Shown here in pieces: positions 8,901-16,667 of a stretch of DNA of 24,659 nt. Where the stretch lies: positions 1-24,659 of the IMG/VR virus record IMGVR_UViG_3300025653_000248; one strand, written 5' to 3'. The number at the start of each line of letters is the position of its first letter. The stretch's first letter is position 1. The notes beneath the pieces are model-generated. The model ran no database searches and was not told where the DNA came from. It saw only the letters and a list, made by a program, of their open reading frames with translations. Source of the DNA: a virus (taxonomy: Duplodnaviria > Caudoviricetes). A program made the position numbers and the translations under genes.

Positions 8901-10773
8901 TGTCGCCCAGCATAGGCATTATCGGACGAACAGTATCAGCCATCCCTCTAGATGTACTTAAAACTTTATTTCCGGCTCGTAGGGTTGCAAAGCCTATTTT
9001 ATAACCACCCAGAGACATAGCAATGTTAGAAAAGGCTTCGCTGGTATCCTTATCCTCTGAAAACAAATTAGATTGTCTTCCAATGACAGTACCAATACCA
9101 ATCATAAGCCCTTCGGTTGTAGTCTTTGTTGTATAAGGGGCAAACTTTCCTCTGAGGATGACATTATATCTTTGGTTCTGAATCTGTTTGAGTTCGGCTT
9201 TAAGTTCGCGGCGTATTTGATATACAGGCTTCTTTCCTGTTCCTGTAACTTCTCCAACACTGTTATAAATATTGACGGTTTTTATATCGTTGTCTCGAAG
9301 CCCACGCTTTTCTAGGTTTTCAAGCTCTTGATAGATTGCGGAGCGACGATTATCTAGATATCTAAGCTCTCTGTTAGTACGAGTCTGTATGAGGCCGATG
9401 TTGACTAGTGCAGTATCTGCTTTGTTCCTACTTTCAAAACTACGAACCTTTTCTAATACCTGTTTTGGGTCGTCCGTATCTTTGAGAAGGTTCTTGTACT
9501 TAGAACTTTTCTTCAAAGCGTTGGCTTCCTGAACAGTTTTGACACCAGCAGCAGTTCCCAAGCTTCCCATAGAAAACGCATAGATAAGTTCTTCACCTAC
9601 AATTACCCCAGCTTGTTGCCAAGGGGTTAAACTATCGAAGGTGATGCTTGCCATTTCGTAGGCTGTGTTTTCATTTACGAACTCATTTAAGATTTTGTTA
9701 CCATTGCTATCAAGAATAAAAGTACCATCGGGATTCTTCATGTAGGCAAGATTTTCGTATTCCTCACCCTCGTATTCTTTTTTGAGAAGGAAATGAATGT
9801 GTTCGTTGTAGTATTGGGCTAGAGTTGCACCGGATATGTTCTTTGCAAGTTCGCGAACACTTAGGGATTGTTCTAACCTCTTCATAGTCCAATCGAAAAT
9901 TTTCTGCGCCCGTTCTTCGTCGGTGAGGTCAGGGTCTGCCATCAATCCTTGCATTAATACTTCGCGAGAAACAGCAGGTTCGCGAAGAGCTGCATATTCG
10001 GCCTTGAAGGCAGGGTCTCCCGGAAGTTGCCCACTTTCATACATTGCCCGTATTCCAGCAGGAAGAACTTGCGTGAAGAAATCTGGAACAGCAGGCAGGA
10101 AGCGTCCGGCTTCGGCAAGCCTTTGCCCCAGTTCGTATTGAGTATCCCCTAAGATTATGTTTTCGGCTACGAGCTGTTGAACTTCTGTAGGAAGGTTTAG
10201 GGCATCTAGCTGATTTACGATAAGCTGACGAGCCTTCAAGTTTCTTTTCAAACGGTTGCGAAGCCTGTTAGGGTAGGTTCCTGATGCACTTAAGTCGAAC
10301 TCGCCTGTAGCAGTTTCGAAGGGAAGTACAACCCCCTGCTCTCCTTCTTCAGGCTGGTAGGCCGACCACATCCCGAATAGGTTGACGCGAGTTTCGTCGT
10401 CCATATCCTGTGCTATGTAGGCTGGGATAGGTTCGTTTCCGAGCATCTGAAACTCTTTACCTTCTGGATTTGAGTCAGACTTAAAGTTGCTTATCCACTG
10501 CCCAAAAGTTTGTTTGACGGGTGGAGCAGCCTTTCGGCGGTCGATATCTGCCAGCTCTAAAGCACGAGTAGGACTCTGCGCGAACTCTTGAGGAGTCAGC
10601 CGAGGGCGAGTAGCAACGGCAGGCTTTTCCTCAGGAACTTCTGGAGCCGGAGGAGTTGGCTCTTCAGCAGTAGGAGGAGGAGGAGGTGTAGGTTCTTCCG
10701 TTACAACTACCGGAGATTCGGTAGTAGTTTCGTCAGGGTTTTGTTCGTCCGGATTTTGTTGAAGTTCAGCCAT
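5983..10773 (-). CDS. Very large putative internal virion / DNA-ejection protein (1596 aa)
   Basis: Long, apparently helical ORF at the distal end of the structural arm, the position of large ejection proteins in podoviruses. Pro/Glu-rich N-terminus. No catalytic motif recognised. Confidence 0.6.
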   Translation of the reverse strand: MAELQQNPDEQNPDETTTESPVVVTEEPTPPPPPTAEEPTPPAPEVPEEKPAVATRPRLTPQEFAQSPTRALELADIDRRKAAPPVKQTFGQWISNFKSDSNPEGKEFQMLGNEPIPAYIAQDMDDETRVNLFGMWSAYQPEEGEQGVVLPFETATGEFDLSASGTYPNRLRNRLKRNLKARQLIVNQLDALNLPTEVQQLVAENIILGDTQYELGQRLAEAGRFLPAVPDFFTQVLPAGIRAMYESGQLPGDPAFKAEYAALREPAVSREVLMQGLMADPDLTDEERAQKIFDWTMKRLEQSLSVRELAKNISGATLAQYYNEHIHFLLKKEYEGEEYENLAYMKNPDGTFILDSNGNKILNEFVNENTAYEMASITFDSLTPWQQAGVIVGEELIYAFSMGSLGTAAGVKTVQEANALKKSSKYKNLLKDTDDPKQVLEKVRSFESRNKADTALVNIGLIQTRTNRELRYLDNRRSAIYQELENLEKRGLRDNDIKTVNIYNSVGEVTGTGKKPVYQIRRELKAELKQIQNQRYNVILRGKFAPYTTKTTTEGLMIGIGTVIGRQSNLFSEDKDTSEAFSNIAMSLGGYKIGFATLRAGNKVLSTSRGMADTVRPIMPMLGDILGSIPVAGDILVDKTIRNYEMSIGRPLTKEEAASVRNVLTFFKKLPPEYRDQHLRAMADVEKSTKQIISRFPVEIQDEIAELVYRDYSHTAGLLSLAAAGELNRKKISLETLSKYDLDFMERDLQSFEKEYLIVSRTLDEIEQRIGNISDPGARRRTAEFVEMRRQGIVNLQKEINEVNRQQLKALDDIEVFTSTLDDSKLPDAQTMAAFRSYRKTVKRSLGEPYNELEDIANQNKQVRNKIRLSTATARGLRNTTGHGQAVDNATETYVAGRVAAIRLRGDEIYQPFKEFAADYGEVDILPVVEMLVEGQDRTTGLRRFFGPESELFLGRDGVHARQAVDNILVNQFPPGHLDAIRDNLINSGIPAEEVQKVKRMSDLEFSLYLTQHDPNFNPFVIADPYDLELLRRAFVRTAASYANSGDLENARVFGKFVDDLDLHLESNYKEYNDMAVDTRRKYELEVGTPQTKGLYIDRLQKATNRNLVRQGEGLGTTGLRSVYSKPPSEIFNDITSQAALGLSVAPNPSYRPASLQNAVQNFEYTFGDFVVDEKNPTGRYMFDLTTDEGISNFEDAQDILTEIIYEKFGKDFLKNYTESRNVYGPARINKNINPELIDKVDELESNMLVTIKTAEGQFEVPLVNLGEAIIARDTMAEAIKESPEVAKAWEVLKQDFQTYRAEQTRDIAKLTEDAQLELKLTQEILGNMTGKNFVDNYIFSSEGGSLDVLKLRFDKVAEAAGLDSAARNQMWKDITTQYTIEGLFEAGGLSPVRGKVSQVTKEGLEGAVPKTFLSPQELLAKLEEPGTRDALKKIGMDEDHISFVEDIVRHVNDSSYAIPAKNIVGDATTGYRFSSIISRAYGLARGVVSAPYVATEYLFVASRSGKIELMKLALQDKEAARILSLYANTPELLSPTDMFTFDVIAKNFLFKELGPEVNELTLTGESDGLASSVTSGLETAGQALNLIGTEEEPQQ

Positions 10774-10783
10774 AGGGTCAACT

Positions 10784-12793
10784 CTACATAGTTGTCAGAT
10801 TGATTATAGAAGCTTTTTCCTGTTCAGTTACAGGTCTGTATGTCTTAGTTTCTGGGTCCATTGTGTACCACCCTGCAGGATAATTCGGAAGTGTTTTTGG
10901 TAGATAGACAGCCTCGAACGCAGGAGTATCTTGAAAAGTAGGTACTTTCGTAACAGTTTTAACAGCATCTATTGGAAATGAAACAACGTCTGGAGAAGAT
11001 ACATCTTCCTGTACTGAAGCCTTAGGGGGTTCATATGTCCGACGCTTGAAGTCTGCCAAAATTGCATCTGCTTGAATTCGACGAGCAGTAGTAGCAGTTA
11101 AGGTTATGTTCTTACGAAGGTCAGTTCCTATTTGTTGTTTAACTTTGATGTCTCTGACAAATTGATTTCGAACCGTGTTGAGAGCTACTAGTATCTGTTT
11201 TTTAGTTCCTAGCTTCGTCGCACCTAATCTACGTAGCTGAATCTCAAAATCTTGGTTAGATAGACGTCCTGCTGGGTCTATTGCACGAGCCATATCAGCA
11301 GCAAGCGTCAAGCGTAGAACGTCTGCTTCTGTCATCGCTTCTAAGTTGATGCCTAGGTCCATATCTTCGTTTACCCTCTCAACAACTTGCATAAGACTTT
11401 CTTCAGTTGTGCCGTCTTCAGTTTTGAGACCACTACCAATATCGGCCTGTGTGCCAAAGTAACTATTGATACCCTTGCCTATCTGGGAAACTTGGTCTCC
11501 GATACCTTCCATAGTACCAAAAAGATAACGAACCCAACCTGTATATTCTAGCTCTCCTTCCTCGATAGCAATGAGGCGGTCTAGGTTACTCACAGCACGT
11601 TCAGTAGCTTCTACGCCGTTCATAAAGTCTTGTTCATCTTTTATGCCATATATCTCCATGGCGTATTCTTTGATGGTGACTTTAGGAGTATACATTTCTC
11701 CTTTGTTTTTGCTAAATACTACGTTTGTGTTGCTTTTTCTGAAGAAAGAAGAGTCGACAGGAAGCAGGGCTGCTAGAGCCATCGTCTGTCGGTTCAAGTC
11801 TGGCCCTGCAGTAAAGTTCACAACGTATAGCATCTCCTTCAATTCTTCATTAGTTGCAGACTTTTCTCCACGCATTAAGCTCCCGTAACCCATGTTTTCG
11901 AACTGTACTGCCAACTCAAGATGTTTATTTTGGCGGAGAATGTATGCTTCTTTAGACTCGTTTTCTTCGCGTTCTAGACTAGCATCGAAGTACATGAAGT
12001 TCGCAAGATATTCATCTACACTATTAAATCCGGTTCGTGACGCGATATTCGTCAATCCGTTTTTTAAAGCTATAGGAACAACTAGCGAAACTGTTGTTTT
12101 TTCAGAATCTGGTTCGAGATTTTTAAAAGGAACTACCAAAACAGCTTCTGTATCCGGGTCAAATACGATGTTTTCTTCTTGAATTGCGGCTTGAGTTTGA
12201 GCTTCGTAGTCCGGAGTCATGTTGAGTTCTTTAGAAAGACTGTATAAAACGGGGTGGTTCTGTTCAAAATCATATTCATAAATTGTAGCACCTTCATACC
12301 CCGCCACTTTTTGGTTCTTAGTATAAAGTCTAGATGCAAAATCTTCGAGCTGTCCCATGTCAGCCATAAACTGGGTTCGTGCTGTGGGATTATTCTGTAA
12401 GAAAGATTGAATAACTCCCGGATTAGTTTGCGCGAAAGAGTTTATGTCATCTAGCTGTCCTGTGTAAAAATCAACTTTAGAGGGGTCGTACTCTTTTGAA
12501 AACGGAATGAATAAACTCTGCCCCTGTTCTCCATAGAGAGTATAGCCGGGCTTATCCGCTTGGTCCATAGCATTGGACAGGTCGTAAAGGTTTTCTATCC
12601 CTGTATAGTTTTCTAACCAATCCTGTCCACCCTGTCCTAAATTCTTAGGGTCTATGCCAAAAAGTCGTTCGGCGATGAACTTTTGATTTTCCGCATCAGT
12701 TTCTATCTTTTTTAACGCAATCTCATCCTTACGACGTTTGGCGTCTACCATCCCTTCGAAGAATCCGGAAGCAAATGCAAAACCCATACCCAT
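10784..12793 (-). CDS. Putative internal virion / ejection protein (669 aa)
   Basis: Gly-rich amphipathic N-terminus (MGMGFAFASGFFEG) followed by coiled coil; DPAGRLSNQDFE segment; position in the cluster. Confidence 0.55.
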   Translation of the reverse strand: MGMGFAFASGFFEGMVDAKRRKDEIALKKIETDAENQKFIAERLFGIDPKNLGQGGQDWLENYTGIENLYDLSNAMDQADKPGYTLYGEQGQSLFIPFSKEYDPSKVDFYTGQLDDINSFAQTNPGVIQSFLQNNPTARTQFMADMGQLEDFASRLYTKNQKVAGYEGATIYEYDFEQNHPVLYSLSKELNMTPDYEAQTQAAIQEENIVFDPDTEAVLVVPFKNLEPDSEKTTVSLVVPIALKNGLTNIASRTGFNSVDEYLANFMYFDASLEREENESKEAYILRQNKHLELAVQFENMGYGSLMRGEKSATNEELKEMLYVVNFTAGPDLNRQTMALAALLPVDSSFFRKSNTNVVFSKNKGEMYTPKVTIKEYAMEIYGIKDEQDFMNGVEATERAVSNLDRLIAIEEGELEYTGWVRYLFGTMEGIGDQVSQIGKGINSYFGTQADIGSGLKTEDGTTEESLMQVVERVNEDMDLGINLEAMTEADVLRLTLAADMARAIDPAGRLSNQDFEIQLRRLGATKLGTKKQILVALNTVRNQFVRDIKVKQQIGTDLRKNITLTATTARRIQADAILADFKRRTYEPPKASVQEDVSSPDVVSFPIDAVKTVTKVPTFQDTPAFEAVYLPKTLPNYPAGWYTMDPETKTYRPVTEQEKASIINLTTM

Positions 12794-12795
12794 AG

Positions 12796-13350
12796 CTATT
12801 CACCTTTCTCGGCGTTCAAAAAGTTTTCCTCTTTCGGAGGCTTCGGACCCATACCCTTACGAATGGCACGGTTCACCTGCTCCTGAACATACGCGAACAT
12901 GTTCGGATTGTTATCTTTCAACATACGGAAGAACGTCTTATCATCCATCTTGTTCTCTTCGAACACGTCGTCGTTCTCAAAGAAGCGGTAGGGGACGTTC
13001 GCTTCCTCTGCCATGTCAGCAATAACGATAGCCAACGGACCTTTTATGAGAAGGCCGACATCCGGAGTGAAACGCCCATCTTGGAAAGCTTGGAAAAGAA
13101 TACCCTCGACGATGACTTCGACACTGACTCCTACCATAAGCAGCTTCATCATCTCTTCTTTACGTTCGGGGCTTTCTACAGACCGAATAACCTTATCTAG
13201 GACAACCTCAGGGTCTACATCTGTAGGAGGTCTACCCCAAGGCCACTTGGAGTTGTCTTGTGTCAAAGAATGACCGGGAGGTGCAGCCGCGAACGGGTCT
13301 TTCGCCTCGACAGAACCCTTCATCGGCATAGGTCTAGGTTGCATAGCCAT
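12796..13350 (-). CDS. Conserved-looking phage structural-module protein (184 aa)
   Basis: PPGHSLT...WPWGRPP motif recalled from marine podoviruses (PGxSLT...PWExPP). Function unknown. Confidence 0.65.
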   Translation of the reverse strand: MAMQPRPMPMKGSVEAKDPFAAAPPGHSLTQDNSKWPWGRPPTDVDPEVVLDKVIRSVESPERKEEMMKLLMVGVSVEVIVEGILFQAFQDGRFTPDVGLLIKGPLAIVIADMAEEANVPYRFFENDDVFEENKMDDKTFFRMLKDNNPNMFAYVQEQVNRAIRKGMGPKPPKEENFLNAEKGE

Positions 13351-13354
13351 AAGA

Positions 13355-13855
13355 TTAGCCCTCGTCTTCTAGTTTTCGAACGGTAGCAGCCGCTGCTTTT
13401 GTTGCCTGAGGTAAGGATGGTCCGGACAAACCAACAGTTCGCCGACCCTGCTGGAGGGTTCGCGAGATACCTGCATCGTCGTAAATTCGTTGGTATTGGG
13501 GGTTGAAGTTTCGGCGGTTTGCAGAGCGTTGGATAGCAAGCTGGACTGCAGAGTTCGTAGCTCCGACAGGAAGACGGGATGCCTGAGTTTGGCCCCCTCG
13601 CGGAGTTACGACAGATGGAAAATTAATTTGTGCAGGTCCTCGGCCTTCGCCTTCCTTCTCCCCGAAGAATGCCTCGACACCTGTCTTGACGATAGCAGTG
13701 CCTACATCAGATTTGAAGATGGAGGATAGAAAAGATTGGTCGCCCTCATCGACAAGTCCCGGATGACCAGCCTTCGGTTTGGTTAGATAGTTGACAATGG
13801 CGGGAGCCGTAGCTACGAGAAAAGATGGAAGTATGCTGCTGAGAGAAAAACCCAT
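13355..13855 (-). CDS. Putative small internal virion protein (166 aa)
   Basis: AAAGGT upstream, hydrophobic N-terminus (MGFSLSSILPSFLVATAPAIV), low-complexity remainder. Confidence 0.55.
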   Translation of the reverse strand: MGFSLSSILPSFLVATAPAIVNYLTKPKAGHPGLVDEGDQSFLSSIFKSDVGTAIVKTGVEAFFGEKEGEGRGPAQINFPSVVTPRGGQTQASRLPVGATNSAVQLAIQRSANRRNFNPQYQRIYDDAGISRTLQQGRRTVGLSGPSLPQATKAAAATVRKLEDEG

Positions 13856-13873
13856 AAATCTTTACCTTTTTAA

Positions 13874-15970
13874 TTAATCTTCGATTACTGCTAGAGCGAT
13901 ATTACCAAGCCATTCGCCCAAGTTTGAAGCCAAGTCGTCCTTCTGTTGCTGGCTTAGGATGTCTTTTTGGTTCGCTAACTGCATAGCTATCGTCCCTGTT
14001 TCGTGTTGGCGTTGTAAGACATTCTCACTCTTCTGGAAGTTCCAAGCGGCGTTATCACGATATTGTTGCCAGAGATTGTTCAAGGCATTTTGAGTTGCAT
14101 TGTACTGCATCTGGGCGTTGAGGCGGTTCGTTTCGTTTTGGTTCGCAGTGTTGATGGTGTTGATTTCGCGACGCCACGTCACGTTGGATTGGTCAACTGC
14201 GAACTGCATCTGAGTGTTAAACTTATCCCGGCTGTCCCGCATCTGGGCGTTGAACTGGTTCATAGCGTTCGCTTCGCTGACATTGAACTGTCGCATAGCT
14301 GCTGTGCGGTTCGCGTTGATGGTCTCAATTTGCGAACCTAACTCTGCAAAGAACTCCTCAACCTGCAGTTCGTTCTTGGCGTTGAACTGCTGACGAGCGT
14401 TCTCTTCAGCCGCATCCTTAAACAAACCTTGAGTAAGGACACTATAATTAAGTGTATCAGTTTTTTGTTGATTGTCAAGGTTTTTCAGGTCTACGGATAG
14501 AAGGGCTTGAGCTTCCGTGACGGCTCCCTGCAGACGTGCAGAGAGGTTTGCCCGGTCCATAGCAGCGACTGTGGCGGCGTTTTGAAGGGCTGCCTTCTGG
14601 CGGTTATCCAAGTTTTGTAGCTGGATGGCTGCATACTTGTTCGCGTCGGCAGCGGCAATCTGAACCCCAGACTCCATAAGGCTCTGGATTATAGCTGCGG
14701 AAGCCATCGAGCTTGCGCCGAGGCCTCGACTTTGCATGATGGCGTTCACTTTGCGAACCTGTGGGGAAGCCCACGCAGGCATCGGCTTACCTTCTTCGAG
14801 GCTCGACATCAGTTCGCCAAGTTGATATTGGACAGTGGCACGAGGGTCGAGTTCGGCTTGGGCTGCTATAGCCATAGATTCTGGGGAAGCTACGCCTTCG
14901 ACACCAGCCATTTGAACATATGGAGTTGTGGGGGTTAGCTGGGCTGCCGCCATGCCCCCCATCTGTTCGAGGCCGGGGGTTACGGCAGCTATACCTTCAA
15001 CCTGACCTAAGCCAGCAGGTGCGCCGGGAACCTGTTGGGTGAGACCTTTGGCTGTGGCTTGATAAGTTGTAGCAACCGGGGCTTGTCCGAGAGTAGTAGC
15101 CTTCAGCTTCTCGCTAGGCTGAACTGTCATGTCGACAGAAGTTAAGGATGGGATGCCCGTATCTTGTCCTGCCGCAAGTTCTTGTATTGTGCTTTCCAAG
15201 TTAAAGTCTGCCATAGAGTTTGTCCCGTTGTAATAATCAGGTGCAGCATTTGGATTTTCTGGACGACCAACTTGATATCCACCTAAACTGCGCATATAAT
15301 CATTATATGCACTTGCTTCTCTAGCATAAGGAAAGGTATAGGTTTGCCCATCAATAGTGCTAGAACCTGTTACTGTTGCACCTATTTGTGGTATGTTTTT
15401 GTAATAGTCTGACTGCTTAAACTGCTCATACATAGGAGCAGATTGATAGTTTTGTTGTAAAGGTTGTTTTGAAGGAGGTGGCTCACTCATACGTGGGTCA
15501 ATACGTGCATTACCCTGTAGATTTGGGTCACTAGCTTCCCTCGCTGCCTTCTGTCGCTTCCACAGTTCGTATTGTTTGAGGTAGTTTTGTGCTTTGTCGC
15601 CTTCGAGAGCATAGCGTCTAGGCCCTACTACCAATTCCGGCTTTGATTCAGAAAGGCCCATAGCTGCTGCTTGTCCACTCGCACCGGGTTTGACATAAAA
15701 TGGCGTACCACTCTTTTGCATAACATCAAAGTTGAGAAATCTTTGATATGGATGAACGTCATATGCGCCGCCACCAGTACCCCCTGCCGTGTTTCCACCG
15801 TAAAGCGTTTGACCTGCTCCAAGATACTTCCCAGCTTCGATACTGCTGGGATATACCGTATTTCCTACGCGAACATAGTCTTGAGCATCAAACCCCGGAG
15901 CTTTGGCAGTTCCGAGTTGGTCTATAAGGGTTTGAATGTACGCATCATCATATGTGTTTTGTGTAGCCAC
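13874..15970 (-). CDS. Putative internal virion / DNA pilot protein (698 aa)
   Basis: GTG start overlapping the upstream TAG. PAWA...RGLGASSMA...MES core and long Q/N/A-rich coiled-coil C-terminus (QFNA repeats), typical of podoviral ejection proteins. Confidence 0.65.
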   Translation of the reverse strand: MATQNTYDDAYIQTLIDQLGTAKAPGFDAQDYVRVGNTVYPSSIEAGKYLGAGQTLYGGNTAGGTGGGAYDVHPYQRFLNFDVMQKSGTPFYVKPGASGQAAAMGLSESKPELVVGPRRYALEGDKAQNYLKQYELWKRQKAAREASDPNLQGNARIDPRMSEPPPSKQPLQQNYQSAPMYEQFKQSDYYKNIPQIGATVTGSSTIDGQTYTFPYAREASAYNDYMRSLGGYQVGRPENPNAAPDYYNGTNSMADFNLESTIQELAAGQDTGIPSLTSVDMTVQPSEKLKATTLGQAPVATTYQATAKGLTQQVPGAPAGLGQVEGIAAVTPGLEQMGGMAAAQLTPTTPYVQMAGVEGVASPESMAIAAQAELDPRATVQYQLGELMSSLEEGKPMPAWASPQVRKVNAIMQSRGLGASSMASAAIIQSLMESGVQIAAADANKYAAIQLQNLDNRQKAALQNAATVAAMDRANLSARLQGAVTEAQALLSVDLKNLDNQQKTDTLNYSVLTQGLFKDAAEENARQQFNAKNELQVEEFFAELGSQIETINANRTAAMRQFNVSEANAMNQFNAQMRDSRDKFNTQMQFAVDQSNVTWRREINTINTANQNETNRLNAQMQYNATQNALNNLWQQYRDNAAWNFQKSENVLQRQHETGTIAMQLANQKDILSQQQKDDLASNLGEWLGNIALAVIED

Positions 15971-16197
15971 TATCTATTTCCTTGAAGTACCTTATCCAGC
16001 TTATCTTCCAACCTGTGTAATGCTTCCATCAATCTATCCATGTCGTCACGTAACTCTACCTTTGTTGCGTAGTCTTCACGTGTCCGGTTCAAAAGAATGC
16101 TGAGACGCTTGAGTTCATTGTTCAAGCCTACCAAAAACCACGCGCCACCAGCTACGATGACACCAAGAAGCATATCAATGAGGTTGGTCATTTCCAT
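15970..16197 (-). CDS. Small membrane protein (one TM helix plus coiled coil), possibly lysis-related
   Basis: LIDMLLGVIVAGGAWFLVGL hydrophobic span, then heptads (LHRLEDKLDKVL). Coupled at both ends. Confidence 0.6.
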   Translation of the reverse strand: MEMTNLIDMLLGVIVAGGAWFLVGLNNELKRLSILLNRTREDYATKVELRDDMDRLMEALHRLEDKLDKVLQGNR

Positions 16198-16415
16198 TAT
16201 ACTGCCTCTGCTTCTTCTTCCGCTTCAGTTTCAAGCAACTCAATCAACGCTTTGGTGTAAGCGTTCTGCGCTGTTGTTACTTGGCTATGTTCAAATGCAA
16301 GATGTTCTGCCTTAGCCTGACAGGATTGGATTTGCCGAATGAAATACTTTTGCTGGTCATCAAGACTTTCAGCCTCGTATTCCTTGCCGTTAATCGTGAT
16401 TACATTATCAGCCAT
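16197..16415 (-). CDS. Small coiled-coil protein downstream of the tail fibre (72 aa)
   Basis: ITINGKEY...L...Q pattern, TAATG coupling. Possible fibre assembly role by position only. Confidence 0.7.
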   Translation of the reverse strand: MADNVITINGKEYEAESLDDQQKYFIRQIQSCQAKAEHLAFEHSQVTTAQNAYTKALIELLETEAEEEAEAV

Positions 16416-16651
16416 TAGTAAGCCTTCCCTGCGGCAATAGCGGCATTAACATCTGTCATATCTTCTGATGTCCAGAAGTCTTTTGCCACCATAATTTCCA
16501 GATGCTCTACGTTACGGCTAACGCAATCTGCACGTTCATCCGCATCCATAGTTTCATCGTGGTCGCCAGCAATAATGGCATTGATAAGGTCAACGCTGTG
16601 ACCCATCGCTGTGTAGTGCTGTGCGATTTCTTCTGCTGTGATTTCGTCCAT
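16415..16651 (-). CDS. Small acidic protein downstream of the tail fibre (78 aa)
   Basis: Start re-assigned to ATG 16651 (AGGAG 6 nt upstream): MDEITAEEIAQHYTAMGHSVDLIN...RNVEHLEIM. Confidence 0.75.
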   Translation of the reverse strand: MDEITAEEIAQHYTAMGHSVDLINAIIAGDHDETMDADERADCVSRNVEHLEIMVAKDFWTSEDMTDVNAAIAAGKAY

Positions 16652-16667
16652 TTTATACTCCTGTAGT

